Assembly: GCF_006345805.1 (NCBI RefSeq)
Contig: NC_043002.1
Location: 15,190,001 to 15,254,000, forward strand
Length of the DNA stretch: 64,000 nucleotides
Source of the DNA: Octopus sinensis
Lineage: Eukaryota
Direction: 5' to 3'
The position numbers were made by a program, and so were the translations under genes. Shown piece by piece: positions 40,706-53,513 of this stretch. The notes beneath the pieces were generated by a model. The model was not told where the DNA came from, searched no databases, and saw only the letters and a list, made by a program, of their open reading frames with translations. Position 1 is the stretch's first letter, and each line of letters starts with the position of its first letter.

Positions 40706-42246
40706 CATATATATATGTATGTATATATATGTATGTGCGTGTGTCTCTGTGTCTGTATGTGTGGGTGTGTGGGTGTATTTGTGAGTGTATGGATAAATAT
40801 GGAGATTAGATAAATATTAACAGACGCACCTCGCTATTTTATGAAATGAGAGTTTATTTTGCGTACATATAGCTTTGTGTAGATTTCCCTATCACTAAAG
40901 CACATAAATGTAAATATAATTACACTCACACCTATATGTGTGCGTGTGTTTTTGTGTGTGTCTTTGTGTACGTATGCTTCTTTACTTACGTACATTGTCA
41001 TCGTAGGGCTTCATATTATATTTTAATTGGTAAAAATAGTTAAAATTTATGATTTGCCAACTATTATTGGTGCGTTATATTTAGATTTAGTTGGAAATGT
41101 TACGTCGTGCATAGATACATCAAATAATTGTATGAATGCGTCAGACGACATCTATCGAAAATATACTCGTAAAGTTAGATAAACTGAATTCAATAAATAT
41201 TTCTTTTTTTTTGTACTCGGTTGACAGTTTATTCGGTGCAGCATTTAATTAATGCACAGTTCAGTGTATGGCATGCCTGGAAAATATTTACAACTCATCG
41301 GCTTTCCATTAGTCTTTCATTAAATTCTACCGTCCGTTGCTGGTTTCCCCCTTTCCATCTCTCTTTCTCTCTCTCACCCTCTCGTTTTTCTCTATCTCTC
41401 TCCCTCTCTTTCTCTCTCTCACGCTGAATAATTATAGTTCATATTATCAATCTGACTCGCTCGATATGTATGTATGTATGCATCTATGTATGTATGTAAG
41501 TATGTATGTATGTATCTATCTATCTATCTATCTATCTATATATCTATCTATCTATCTCACTATCTATCTAATAGTCACTCTATCTATCGACCTATCTACA
41601 TACCTACCTACCTATCTATGTATCTATCTATCTATCAATGTATTTCCCCATTTCTCTCTATTTGCATCCATATCTATCTATCTATTTATATGTCTATCTC
41701 CCTCTTAATATATATGTCTGTCTGTCTATCTATCTCTCTATCTCTCTATCTATCTATTTATTCGTTTATTTATTTATTTTCTATCTCCGTCCCTACGTAT
41801 CTATCCATATTTCTGTCCGTGCATCTATTTATCAATGCACCTAGCTAGCCTTGCCTTTTCTCGACTATCTCTACACTTACCTCTCTATTTCTGTATATTT
41901 TTCATGTACACCTACCATGCGCAAGACGTTGATACATTTAATCTTGTGTTATGCTCAGAAATATATTATTTGCTTCAGAAATCCATTGGGACGTGTAAGG
42001 AATGCAAAACCCGATGTAAAAAATGTAACAACAATGATACTATACTTTCAATAGACTTTCCTTTTCTGCGTTTGGATTACACAGAAATGAGATACACTTG
42101 ATAACATAACTTTTAAAACTTCTGAAGACAAACTTTGAATAGATTCAAATTTTCACACAATACTCAACAATATACCATAGGTATTTACTTCCATCCAACC
42201 TCAGAATAAAAAATCCATTTTATAATATGCAATACCCTACAGATAT

Positions 42247-42412
42247 TCTTTTATTCTTTTAGTTGTTTCAATCATTTGACTGCAGGACATGCTGGAGCAC
42301 CACCTTAAATGGTTTTAGTCTAAAAAATCGACTCCTAGACATGTTCTTTGTAAGCCTAGTACTTATTCTACCGGTTTCTTTTCGCTGAACACGATATGTT
42401 ACGCAAACATAT
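42247..42412 (-). mobile_element. SINE family A, 3' half
   Basis: TGTTTCAATCATTTGACTGC..ATGCTGGAGCACCACC..TTCTTTGTAAGCCTAGTACTTATTC. Confidence 0.78.
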
Positions 42413-42416
42413 GCAT

Positions 42417-42592
42417 AGGCGCAGGAGTGGCTGTGTGGTAAGTAGCTTGCTAACCAACCACATGGTTCCGGGTTCAGTCCCACTGCGTGGTATCTTGGGC
42501 AAGTGTCTTCTGCTATAGCCCCGGGCCGACCAATGCATTGTGCGTGGATTTGGTAGACGGAAACTGAAAGAAGCCTGTCGTATAATGTATAT

Positions 42593-42638
<46 letters not shown>

Positions 42639-42848
42639 TTGTGTGTCTGTGTTTGTCACCCTAGCATTGCTTGCCAACCGATGCTGGTGTGTTTATGTCC
42701 CCGTCACATAGCGGTTCGGCAAAAGAGACCGATAGAATAAGTACTGGGCTTACAAAGAATAAGTCCCGGGGTCGATTTGCTCGACTAAAGGCGGTGCTCC
42801 AGCATGGCCGCAATCAAATGACTGAAACATGTAAAAAAGTAAAAGAGT
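42417..42848 (+). mobile_element. SINE family A, full length
   Basis: AGGCGCAGGAGTGGCTGTGTGG..GGGTTCAGTCCC..GAAACATGTAAAAAAGTAAAAGAG. Confidence 0.9.
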
Positions 42849-43060
42849 ATACCGACATCGGTTATCAGATACACACACACACACATACACACCCACATAT
42901 ATATGTATATATAATCTATATTCATGATTTTTAATAACTACTTGTTTTCTTATCTTATATGCATACACAGTCATATAAATAAATACATACACACACACAT
43001 ACAAATCACCAGCCCTCTTCCACACACACATACAAACTCTCTTATACACACGCACGCGCA

Positions 43061-43314
43061 CACTCGTCTTGGGATCACAACTACTTTATTATCTCCCTTT
43101 CTCCCTAGCTGTCCTGTGTGGCCATTCTGTCCGGCATTCGCTATAACAGATCGCTAGCCACTACACATCATTTTCTCTCCTTGTTTCTTTCTGTGGAGGA
43201 GCACAGGCTAGAAAATTTTAAAACTTTTTCAGTTCTCGAGCGTTATACTAATACATCTATTTGTTGTTTACACCACCTAACTTCGACTTTTGTTTTGTTT
43301 TTGCGAACTTTCCA

Positions 43315-43317
<3 letters not shown>
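43061..43317 (+). mobile_element. Family H1 copy with a degenerate hammerhead-like motif
   Basis: Homologous to 11668 and 55660. CTTT-CTGTGGA-G-GAGCACAGGCTA-GAAA at 43187-43214. Confidence 0.7.
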
Positions 43318-43349
<32 letters not shown>

Positions 43350-43356
43350 TACATAT

Positions 43357-43387
<31 letters not shown>

Positions 43388-43671
43388 TATATATATATAA
43401 TATATTATATATATATAATAGATATAGTATATATGTAATGTATATATTATATTACATGTTGTGTGGGTGTATATGTGTGTGTGTGTGTGGGTGGATGTAT
43501 GTATATATATATGTATATAATTATTTCAAATCTTCTCTGACTGAGATATAAACAGTAAGCAATACATAAAAGTAACATTATAATTGCCAACCAAGTGTGG
43601 CCCCGGATCGGACACAGAATATATGGCGGTGCCCCAGCTTGACCGCAGCTCCTGAGCTGAAAGTAGTTATA

Positions 43672-43711
<40 letters not shown>

Positions 43712-44165
43712 TAGTGAATGGAAGAAATGGAGTTGAACGAAGATTGTACAGAATTCTTTTTATTACATTCTACACATGTTTCAAGGCCACAATTTTCCAA
43801 ATTCTGATTAAATAAGGATACTATATGCAGCTTTCTCTTCAGGAAAAACCAGGAATTACGTCGTCAGATCAAAACAAAACAAAGGCGCAGCAAAGCAATT
43901 CGAACGAGGACGCTCCTTAAAAGCCGATGGATAAACTGTTTATCAGTGTACGTTGGTGGGAGCCGACAAAAGGTCCGTTGGAATTGCTTTGCTGCGCCTC
44001 TGTTTTGTTTTGTTCTGACAACGTAATTCTGGTTTTCCTGAGAGAAAACTGCAATATGGTACCTTATTTAATCAGAATTTGGAAAATTGTGGTCTTTGAA
44101 CATATGTAGAATGTATAAAAGAATTCTGTACAATCTTCGTTCAACTCCATTTCTTCCATTCACTA
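43712..44165. mobile_element. Foldback element (family H2), ~200 bp inverted arms each with a hammerhead-like motif
   Basis: TAGTGAATGGAAGAAATGGAGTTGAACGAAGATTGTACAGAATTC mirrors GAATTCTGTACAATCTTCGTTCAACTCCATTTCTTCCATTCACTA. Left arm reverse complement (43767-43846): TTC-CTGAAGA-long stem II-GAAA-CATGTG-TA-GAA. Confidence 0.8.
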
Positions 44166-44318
44166 ATTATATTAAACTTCAATTATCCGCACCAACGCAC
44201 GGTTGCAACACCATATGGTCTTATCTCCAACCGTGTTTTTTTCTCTGCTGTGATTTTTGCTACCCATGTATGGTAAAACCTTTGAATAATCTGTAACAGA
44301 AAATTCATCTTTCAATTT

Positions 44319-44380
<62 letters not shown>

Positions 44381-45042
44381 CACCACATATATATGTTAGA
44401 CACACACACATATATATAAATATAAATTTTAAACGGATTTTTAATAACTACTTTATTCTATCTTATATGCATTGATAATATACTATATGTATGTGTTATT
44501 ATGCTTGTCGCTTTGATAAATTAATATGTCACATTTTAATAACTAAAGTTGATGAACCAACCAATGTCCTTCCCCATTTTCTTATTTCCAATACACACAC
44601 ACACACACCCCCGCACTATATAATATATAATATATATATATTATATTAATAATAATAATAATAATTTAGGGAATAAATCCAAACTTACAGGGAAAAATTA
44701 GATTTAGGATTAAATCCAATTTTATAGTATAAATATAATATTATATTATATTATATTAAATTAGAGATAAACCACTGTATAGGCAAATCAAACAGTGAAA
44801 ACATAAGCCAATACATAAAATTAATTAAAAATATTCAAAGTTAAAAATAAAAAATATTTAAATAATTTAAACTTATACATTTTATATATATATATATATA
44901 TATACAAATATATATATATATGTATGTATGTATATTTTGATATATTTATATATTATTTTATTTATTAATTAATTATATTTATTTTTATTATTTTTTATAT
45001 ATATATCAAAAGTATTAAAAGTTTAATAAAAGTTAAAGAGTA

Positions 45043-45138
45043 AACACTACGATAGTTTCATGGCTGTACCAATTCGAATAAGAATAATTTAAATTCAATT
45101 AATAATTCGAGTTATGGTTACAGTCAATCTTCAGGTTA
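45043..45138 (-). ncRNA. Hammerhead-like motif with an extended stem II (family H3), in an AT-rich repeat at ~44660-45240
   Basis: Reverse complement: AAC-CTGAAGA-TTGACTGTAACCATAACTCGAAT...ATTCGAATTGGTACAGCCAT-GAAA-CTATCG-TA-GTGTT. Both core boxes are intact and stem II is paired. Confidence 0.6.
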
Positions 45139-45235
45139 ATTGAAATATTTTGAAAATAATCAGAGATATTTAAACAATATTTTAAAGATATAAATAATAT
45201 AATAATTTTACTTATAATAAACTCTATTTTCAAAT

Positions 45236-45267
<32 letters not shown>

Positions 45268-45779
45268 CAACGGGCTTGTTTCAGAATTCGTCTACAATAT
45301 ACACTTACAAGGCATTTGTCATTCCGAGGCTTTAGCAGAAGACACGGTGCCACGCAGTGGTGTCGTTTAGAAATACAATTCTTATTAAGGATATTAAGGT
45401 GGCATCTTGTAGGAAAGCTAAGTTATTCTGAACAATGAATGTAATTTTATGTAAAGTGTATATACAAGCTTCTTTTCTATATTTCACGACTATCTAGTAA
45501 TGTATTTAATAATGTATATGTGAACCAGTAGATGAGTTTTCGGGGATGTTTGTTTTGTCTTTTGACTAGGTAACTGCTCGTTTTGAACGCACCTGGATCA
45601 GTAGTCAATAATGAATAGTCACTCAACTGTTAGTAGACTAATTATAACTAAAGAAATAAGAAAGCATCTGTAACTAAAACGTCAACTTTTCCTAGAAGTA
45701 TAGGCTGAAGTAAGTAGTAAAAAATCGTCAGACCACCTGACAATCCCACTTCTAATTTCTGAGTTACACATACTCAGCT

Positions 45780-47430
45780 AGGTCCTGGTAATTTGGTATG
45801 TTTTCTATGCTTTTCATATATATATTTTTGTATCATTTGGGACTGTAAAGTCAATTATCTGGCACTTTCTATTGACGTTATCCACCACAACCAAATCGGA
45901 TTTCCTAGTTTCTATTACTCTGTCACTCTGAATGTTAATGTCCCACAACATCACATACTTCTTACTTCCTAATACTTTTCTAGATTATTGGTCATACCAT
46001 TTATCAGTTTGTTAAAATCCTAGCCTTCTACAAAGCTCCCACTCGATTGCTCTCCCCAGATTGTTATGTCTTCCGTTGTATTATTTCTGTTCCAGCATGC
46101 TACATTCACTTAATATATGAGTAACGCTTTTCACGATTGCTTTGGACAACTACGTTGGGAATGTACTTGCTTTTGATCTATTTTGGCTTTTATCTAATTA
46201 GTTCTTAATGTTTGTTCTTGTGCAGCTTCTAACAAACTTTCGTTCCCCCTCTTCAGCTTTCCCCTTCTCCAGCTATAGCCATGTCTCAGTATTACCAATT
46301 CCTGCAACTACCTTTGGGAATCTACTATGCAACGCCTTCTACTCTCAGTCAGAGAATTTTTGTTCTTTTTTCTAGTTTTGAAGTTCATTTGTATTTTTGT
46401 TTTCCTGTCTTGCTCTGACTGTAGTAGCTTTTAATAAACAGTCTGCACTTTTACCTACATAGGCGTCCATATATACTGTAGCTAACGTCACGCAGTATTC
46501 TACTGATATTTACCCTTTTCCACCTTCCTTTCTAGGTTGGCATACTTTTACTGCTCCTACTCTTGGGTGAAGTCCACCATTCATATTGAATTCCTTCCTA
46601 GTTCTTCTGTCTAGCTTTGCCAATTCAGTTCTGCGAAAGCTACTGAAGCAGTTGAGAATCAAAGTAATGACACTACCCACCCTTCCTCACCCTTCTGATC
46701 TACTCTTTCTCCGTTTACGTTTTCATTTCTGTAGTTTGTACTCTGTCAGATTCTAATAATCCCTGATAATTCTTTTTTTTTTATTGTTTTGTTTCAGCTG
46801 AGAGCTGCAGCCATGATGAAACACCGCCGTTAACTCTGTACACCTTTCAATGATTTTAATGTCTGATCATCTGGTAAATGGATGCATTCGCTGTTGATTA
46901 CCAAACCCCATCTCGTGAATAATACTTCACAACACTTACCTATGCCAAATTCCACGCCTATATCTTTATTGATGATTCTTATAGTCTATATTAAGGAATC
47001 TAATCTCATTTTCATTCTTACTAAAAACGTTCAGACTGTCCATGTAGAGCAAATGGTTAATTTTTCCATTACCATTTATGAACTGATACCGTGCCTTTGC
47101 CTTCCTTAATACTACACTGAGATCAAACATAAGACAAATATTAAGTATCTCACCTGAGGATAGCTCTACTTTCCATTTACTCGTAAATGCTTTCTGAAAT
47201 CAATCCTGTAAACAGCTTCCACACTAATGATAATCAAGTGAGTGGTCTCTAGTTGCTAGCTGTATTACCCTTACTCTTACTCTTCATAATTTAGTATTGC
47301 CCTCCCACTATTCATCCAATCTGGTATTATTCCCCCATTAAGACAATCCTGAAGTTGTTCCCCCAACCCCTTATGTAAACTACTGAATTTCTTTTGCCAG
47401 TGCCCTGGGCCCTTCCAATTCGGCGTTATT
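45780..47430 (-). mobile_element. R4/Dong-like RLE LINE, heavily decayed
   Basis: Reverse-complement pieces: PNWKGPG, SKGNTASN*RP, IDFRKAF, MNGGLHPR, GKLKRGNESLLEAAQEQTLRT, DKWYDQ, RKSDLVVV. Many stops; a SINE A fragment is inserted at ~46785-46830. Confidence 0.75.
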
Positions 47431-47479
47431 CCTAGTAAATTACTAATGCACTAGTTAATCTTAGATCTGGCTGCTTATC

Positions 47480-47523
47480 ATTGTCATCATCATCATCATC
47501 ATCATCATCGTCATTATTATTAT

Positions 47524-47582
<59 letters not shown>

Positions 47583-47617
47583 TAGTAGTAGTAGCAGTAG
47601 TAGTAGTAGTAGTAGTA
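47480..47617. repeat. (TCA)n(TTA)n(TAG)n compound microsatellite
   Basis: Directly visible. Confidence 0.95.
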
Positions 47618-47619
47618 TT

Positions 47620-47830
47620 TAGGTGGTGAGCTGGTAGAATCGAAGCACACCGGGCTAAAATGATTAGCGGTATTTCATCCTTCTTTACGTTTTGAGTTTA
47701 AATTCCACCGAGGTCGACTTGGCCTTTCATTCTTTGGTAGTCAATTATTTAATCACCAGTGAAACATCGGTTTCCATGCAATTGGCAGACCACCTTCTTC
47801 CAAATTTCAGGCTTTGTGCCTAGATCACAA
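47620..47830 (+). mobile_element. SINE family B, diverged
   Basis: AGGTGGTGAGCTGGTAGAATCG..GAGTTTAAATTCCACCGAGGTCGACTTGGCCTTTCAT. Confidence 0.75.
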
Positions 47831-48044
47831 AACTGATGCAGGAAATAGTGAATAACTCTAGTAGTCATACAAAAGGTGTAGGATTCGACGAATTTCTGTC
47901 GAAAACTCTTTACGACATACAGCTTATAAAAACTGACACAATCACTTATTTGGAATTTTTAAAAAAGTATCCAAAGGATATTGAGCCCTTTAGACAATGG
48001 CGGGACAAATGGACTATACGATAGCTTTTCATTAATTATATTTT

Positions 48045-48822
48045 TTTCTGACGAGACAGCGTAATCATCCCACCGACTCAAAATCCAAGGTAAGTGACTT
48101 TCCGATAAATATGGTCATTTTGAGAATGAGGTGTGTGAATGTATGTGGCCTGGGGTCAGCTTGGAAGCAAGGTCACTTGCTACAGGACATCAGGTCACTC
48201 GATTTAGATGTGGCTGCAATTAGAGATTAATGATTTCTAATGCGCAAGGACTACCGACAATTTTTGATGAACATGATATATTTCCATTATGTGGTCTGTT
48301 TGGAGCAGGCGGGGGACAGAGGGCTATTCCGAATATCCGTAGATCTCGAAGTAAAGGAAATCGTATTTGACTCGTGCAGAAGGTTGAGTGTCCTAAATGG
48401 TAGCGAAAGTAGTGCCCTTAGACTTGTGGTCGTCATATATGCCCCGAGAGGTTGGAAGGCCAGCATTTTTCAGTCCTCAAAAAATCATACCTGGGAACGT
48501 CTCGTCTGATAAGTATCAACTAGATTTCCCTGATGTGCCATTGTGGACATAGGGCAACCACATTGGGTCAACCAGAAAATATCTAGAGTGATTGTTAGGT
48601 CAGAGAATAGGGATAGTGTCCACAATATAAGTTGGTCGGCTAGACTGACCACAACTGTGTGATCTGCACAATCGAGTTAGATAGGACCCGGCTACTGCCG
48701 CGTTCTTTCACGCACGCAAAGGCTACAGGGAGCGTATTAGTAAAACTAGTTAAGCGACAGTAGACAGGGACGATCGTCAACAACCTAGGGTCGGCCGCCT
48801 TGAGAAGGGCTATTAGAGCTGA
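48045..48822 (+). mobile_element. Tx1/L1-clade ORF2 5' (APE endonuclease) relic
   Basis: Translates as CVNVCGLGSAWKQGHLLQDIRSLDLDVAAI (NVRGL..D..A.QE pattern) and SSALRLVVVIYAP. GC-richer than its flanks. Confidence 0.6.
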
Positions 48823-48850
48823 ATAAAGTATGATTATTATTATTATTATT

Positions 48851-49406
48851 GAGTGAGAGAGCAGTGCATGCCATCAAAGTGACACTGGGGTAAAATATAC
48901 GAAGCCCAATATACCCATCATGACTACCCGTCTGATAAAGGTACACCAGGCACATGCATCACAACCATATGTGCGCGACATGGTGATCTCATATCAAGAT
49001 AAACAGAACATGACCTTGCAGGTGGGGCCCAGTTAGAATTTTCTTCAGGTTGAGTAGCCCATCCCGCTCAAAAGGTCCCTGAATAAGGGTTGTTTAAGGA
49101 TGTTGAAAGAACCACCCATGTTTCCAGAGGTGAATTATTCAAACCCCAAAGAATCTCTCTCAACACATGGCTATGATGCTCCCCTACTACTTCTGCTCGT
49201 GATCAGAGATGCACATATCGTCAGCCACTAAGGGACATACTCAACTGGTTAAGGTCAAACAACTGACAAGCAAATCTGTGGTATTGAGCAGAATATTTGC
49301 TGTAGCCCATCTTTTATACCAAGACAACACAATGTACATGATAACACTTCCAATCAGTTAAGATCAGAAGCCATGAGAGCCACTGCCTGGTACTGCATCA
49401 GGGCAT
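48851..49406 (-). mobile_element. ~556 bp non-coding element inserted in a (TTA)n tract
   Basis: Sharp compositional boundaries, (TTA)n on both sides and no ORF. Strand is inferred from the assumption of a (TAA)n tail. Confidence 0.55.
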
Positions 49407-51194
49407 TTATTATTATTATCATTATTATTATTATTATTATTGTTATTATTATGAATTATTTTGTTGTTGTTGTCACCGTTGTTACTATTGTTATTTTTAC
49501 TTTAAATATTTACTACTAATAATAATGTTCATTTCGTTGCTAATATGGGAATTCTTTCTCATATCTCCCCCCCCTTTTTTTGATTAATATACGCAACGCA
49601 TAAATGTTCAAACACACCGCTTATATCTTTCCGAGAATACTTAAGGGGTGCCGTTTACATTTGGAATACCGTGTTTATTATCCTGCATTCTATGCTAATC
49701 ACCATTAGCTTAACACATTCCACAAACAGAAAAGCTGATTCTGTATATATAGTTGCTGATATTTCAGAATGTTATCGTATTTTTCATGGGAAACATACGC
49801 CTAGACACATCCATTAAAACTCCAGTAAACTACAATTAAATGAAATAGATTCCTACTCTGAATCGCTGCGTTTGATGAAAGTGTGGCATAAACAAGCAAC
49901 ACTAGCTTTTGTAATTGCGAGCAGGAAGTAGCTATAATGATGGTTTGAAACGTAATGGTAGTCTATCATTTGTTATTACATCGGAGAAAAATGATAAGCT
50001 GTTAGTATTGTTTCAAATTACATGCTTTGGTTGGCGAATAAGGAGCTGTAATTAAGAAGCACATGTTTCTATATGAGTAGATATAAATATCCAGCAAAGG
50101 AAATGCAATACGTGCGTGACGAAAGCAATCAGCATTCGATTCGACAGAAAATATTTCTATAGAAGGTTTAAAGTTCTCTGCAAATCACATTGGTGCATAT
50201 GACGCCATATTGTATCACAACTTTACGCAGTTAGAAAATATTATTTCGTGTAATTAATAAGTTCCAAGACAATAAACACTCCATTTATAAAATTAAAACT
50301 TTAAATATATCAATGCTCGACAGTGCTTTCTATTCCCATCCACAATTAATATACTTAGCATTATATAGCTATTATCGTCTTTAGAATCACTTCAACTTCG
50401 TACCATCTTTTCAATGGATATTGAAAGGTGAAGAATATTTGTATATACGATTTGATATATATTCAGATTCTTTAGTGATTTTCGAATGATTTACTTTCGT
50501 AATTGCAATCAAATCCAATTACTATATATTTTTATTGAAAGAAGTTATCCCTCTCATGACCGTCTGGTGCTTGGAAATGTATCAATGGCTACATAGACTA
50601 TGTTGTAAGTATGTAATATATTTTTAAGGTTTCCTTTTCACTTGTATCAGTCTTTGGACTGCGACCATGCTAGGGCATCACCATCAAGATTTTCGTCGAA
50701 CAAATCCATCACAGTTCTTACGTTCTAAATCTAGTACTTACTGAGAGAGCATTTGTCTGTCTGGGGGCTATGATAGAAAAGGTTTATGCAAGGTTGTTCA
50801 CTATAGGACTCAGATCGAAGTTTAAGGGAGTCACATAACGACCCAGCCAAGATTTCGGCGATAAAAGAAGGAATTCAGGATGAAAGAATTCGTGCTTACC
50901 ACACAGAAGACGCAAATGCCATTTGTAACTAAACAGTATATCGTCAACTTCAGATATATTATCATTTATGTTCCATTGTCCTTATGTCATTTTAAAATGC
51001 TTAATATAAACATTTCCTGTGGTAAAGGAATAGTGTTAATATGAGCCTACACACACAACTGACGTACAGTCACACTCAAATATATACAATATATATAATA
51101 TATATATATATATATGTGTGTGTGTGTCTGTGTGTGTGTGTGTGTATATATATGTATATATATATGTATATGTATATATATATATTATAATATA

Positions 51195-51239
<45 letters not shown>

Positions 51240-51271
51240 CATATATATATATATATTATATATATATATAT

Positions 51272-51314
<43 letters not shown>

Positions 51315-51468
51315 GAGAGAGAGATGAGTGTATTTTTACCTTGTTAACAATTAACCCGGAAAAAAAAATAAATAGTTACCAGGGCAGCAAAAATCTCACA
51401 AGTAAAGGTGTTGTAACTCCTTGTTTATAAAGGTAGAAACTTCGTGTTTACGTTGAATATTTTGAATA

Positions 51469-51772
51469 ATATGAATAAAAAATGGAGTTAACGCAGATGT
51501 AATCAAATATTTTTACTTTCTACACATGTTTCGAAAATTCCACTGATACTATTCAAAAGAATAAATGGTATAAACAATGCAATCTTCTTCTTTTTTTTTC
51601 TTTTTTTTTTTGCTAAAATGTCTTATTGACAAGTTTCGTTTTTTTCACTTTCCTGAGATTGCATTGTTTATACCATTTATTCTTTTGAATAGTATCAGTG
51701 GAATTTTCGAAACATGTGACGAAAGTAGAAATATTTGATTACACCTGCGTTAACTCCATTTTTTATTCATAT
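51469..51772. mobile_element. Foldback element (family H2 relative) with hammerhead-like remnants in both arms
   Basis: ATGAATAAAAAATGGAGTTAACGCAG..TTCGAAAATTCCACTGATACTATTCAAAAGAATAAATGGTATAAACAATGCAATCT is mirrored on the right. Right arm: CTTTC-CTGAGA..GAAA-CATGTGAC-GAAAG. Confidence 0.8.
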
Positions 51773-51801
51773 ATATATATATATATATATGCATGCATAA
51801 G

Positions 51802-52683
51802 TACTGGGTGTCCCAAATGTCACTTGTGGGTTTCTATTTTAAATTAGTTCTTTAAATTTACAAATAAATGTATGAAATTTTAATACAATATAAAGGATAT
51901 AATGGAAATTAATATGCACAAGTCAGATTTTCCAACAACACTATGTCAGATTTGAAAAACGACATCACTTAAATGGTAACTGTTTTCGGATTTGCACGCC
52001 CGTGTTCTTGCCAAAACTTGCACCATAATTCCTCAAAAGTTCCAGACACCATTTCTCTGATATCTCTATTGATATTCTCTTTCAGCTGTACCAGGGTCTC
52101 CGCTTTGTTGATGTCAAACCTCTCTTTCAGGTTATCTCCACAAATAAAAGTCTTGGCTAGTCTGGGGAACATGAAGATCATTCAGAGTAGACCTCACACA
52201 TGTCTCCAGCAAGATGGGGCAATGGCTAATACCACAAGCGAAACAATGCAGTTCCTACGACAGTGCTTTGGAGAGAGAATCATCTCCCACTGCGGCAATG
52301 TCAACGAGCCTTCCCGTTCCCCAGATTTGACTACCTCGGATTTTTTCTTGTGGGGATACCTGAAAGAGAGGGTTTACATTAACAAAACGGAGACCCTGGT
52401 GTAGCTGAAGGAGAGCATCAATAGAGAAATCAGAGAATTGTGTTCTGAAACTGCTGAGGGTGTTATGGTGCAAGTTTTGGACAGAGCACGGGCGTGCGAA
52501 GCCGAAAATGGATGCTATTTATGTGATGGCATTTTCTCTTTGTGATGCATTGGTATTGCAAAATTTAACTTGTGCCTATTAATTTCCATTATGTCCTCAT
52601 ATTGTATCACAATGTCTGCATTTATTCGTAAAGTTAAGGGAGTTATTAAAAATGTACACCTGTCAGTTACTTTTGGGACACTA
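51802..52683. mobile_element. Tc1/mariner-superfamily relic made of two inverted transposon 3' ends
   Basis: + strand 52200-52515: LQQDGAMANTT..RIISH.G..EPSRSPDLTTSDFFLWGYLKERVY. The same C-terminus lies on the - strand at 51965-52150. TIRs TA-CTGGGTGTCCCAAATGTCAC and GTTACTTTTGGGACACTA. Confidence 0.82.
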
Positions 52684-52946
52684 CACACATATATAAAATG
52701 GACTATCCCGTCAAAGACGACGTATGAGCGTTCAGCTTTTACCAAACAACCTACGCTAAGTTTTACTTATAGTGATAAAATCTGTGTGCGGTGCATTATT
52801 TCCCTCCATCAAATGAACTCTACCTGGACTGTTGCGCCGTGTGCCACACGCGCGTTGTCAACGTGACCGCTGAAATGACCGAGAATTTAATATTTTGTTT
52901 AAGAATACGTCACACCAACCGGTCTCTTTCTCTCTCTCCACACGCG

Positions 52947-52978
<32 letters not shown>

Positions 52979-53031
52979 GCACACACTCACAAACTATATA
53001 TATATATAATATTTATATATATATATATATA

Positions 53032-53412
53032 CTAGCAGTATCGCCCGGCGTTGCTCGGGTTGTAAGGGAAATAACTATATAAGCATTTTTAGAGATTTAT
53101 AGCCAAAAAATAGCAAAAGAATGCAATAAAAATGGAAAAAAAAAATTATTGGTAATTTTTTTTAAATCGTTGACTCATCGTATACATTTTAGAGAGTTAC
53201 TTCCCTTACATATAGCGAAAAATGCATTAAAATGGGAAAAAAATTATGTAAATTATTTTTTTAAATCGTAGACGCGCGCTATACCCAGAAGGGTTCGATA
53301 TGATCACGACGTTAAGATACCCGTTTTGGTTTTAAACTGCACCGCAAAATGTGGGAGTAGTTAGGAATCTAAACGTAGGAGACAGACACTCACACAACTC
53401 ACTTTTATATAT
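53032..53412 (-). mobile_element. Non-autonomous Helitron-like element inserted in (TA)n
   Basis: Reverse-complement 3' end is hairpin CCCGAGCAACGCCGGG, then CGATACTG-CTAG-T. The 5' end TATATATAAAAGTG merges with the TA tract. Internal direct repeat TTTTAGAGA..TATAGC.AAAAA. Confidence 0.75.
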
Positions 53413-53444
<32 letters not shown>

Positions 53445-53445
53445 A

Positions 53446-53509
<64 letters not shown>

Positions 53510-53513
<4 letters not shown>

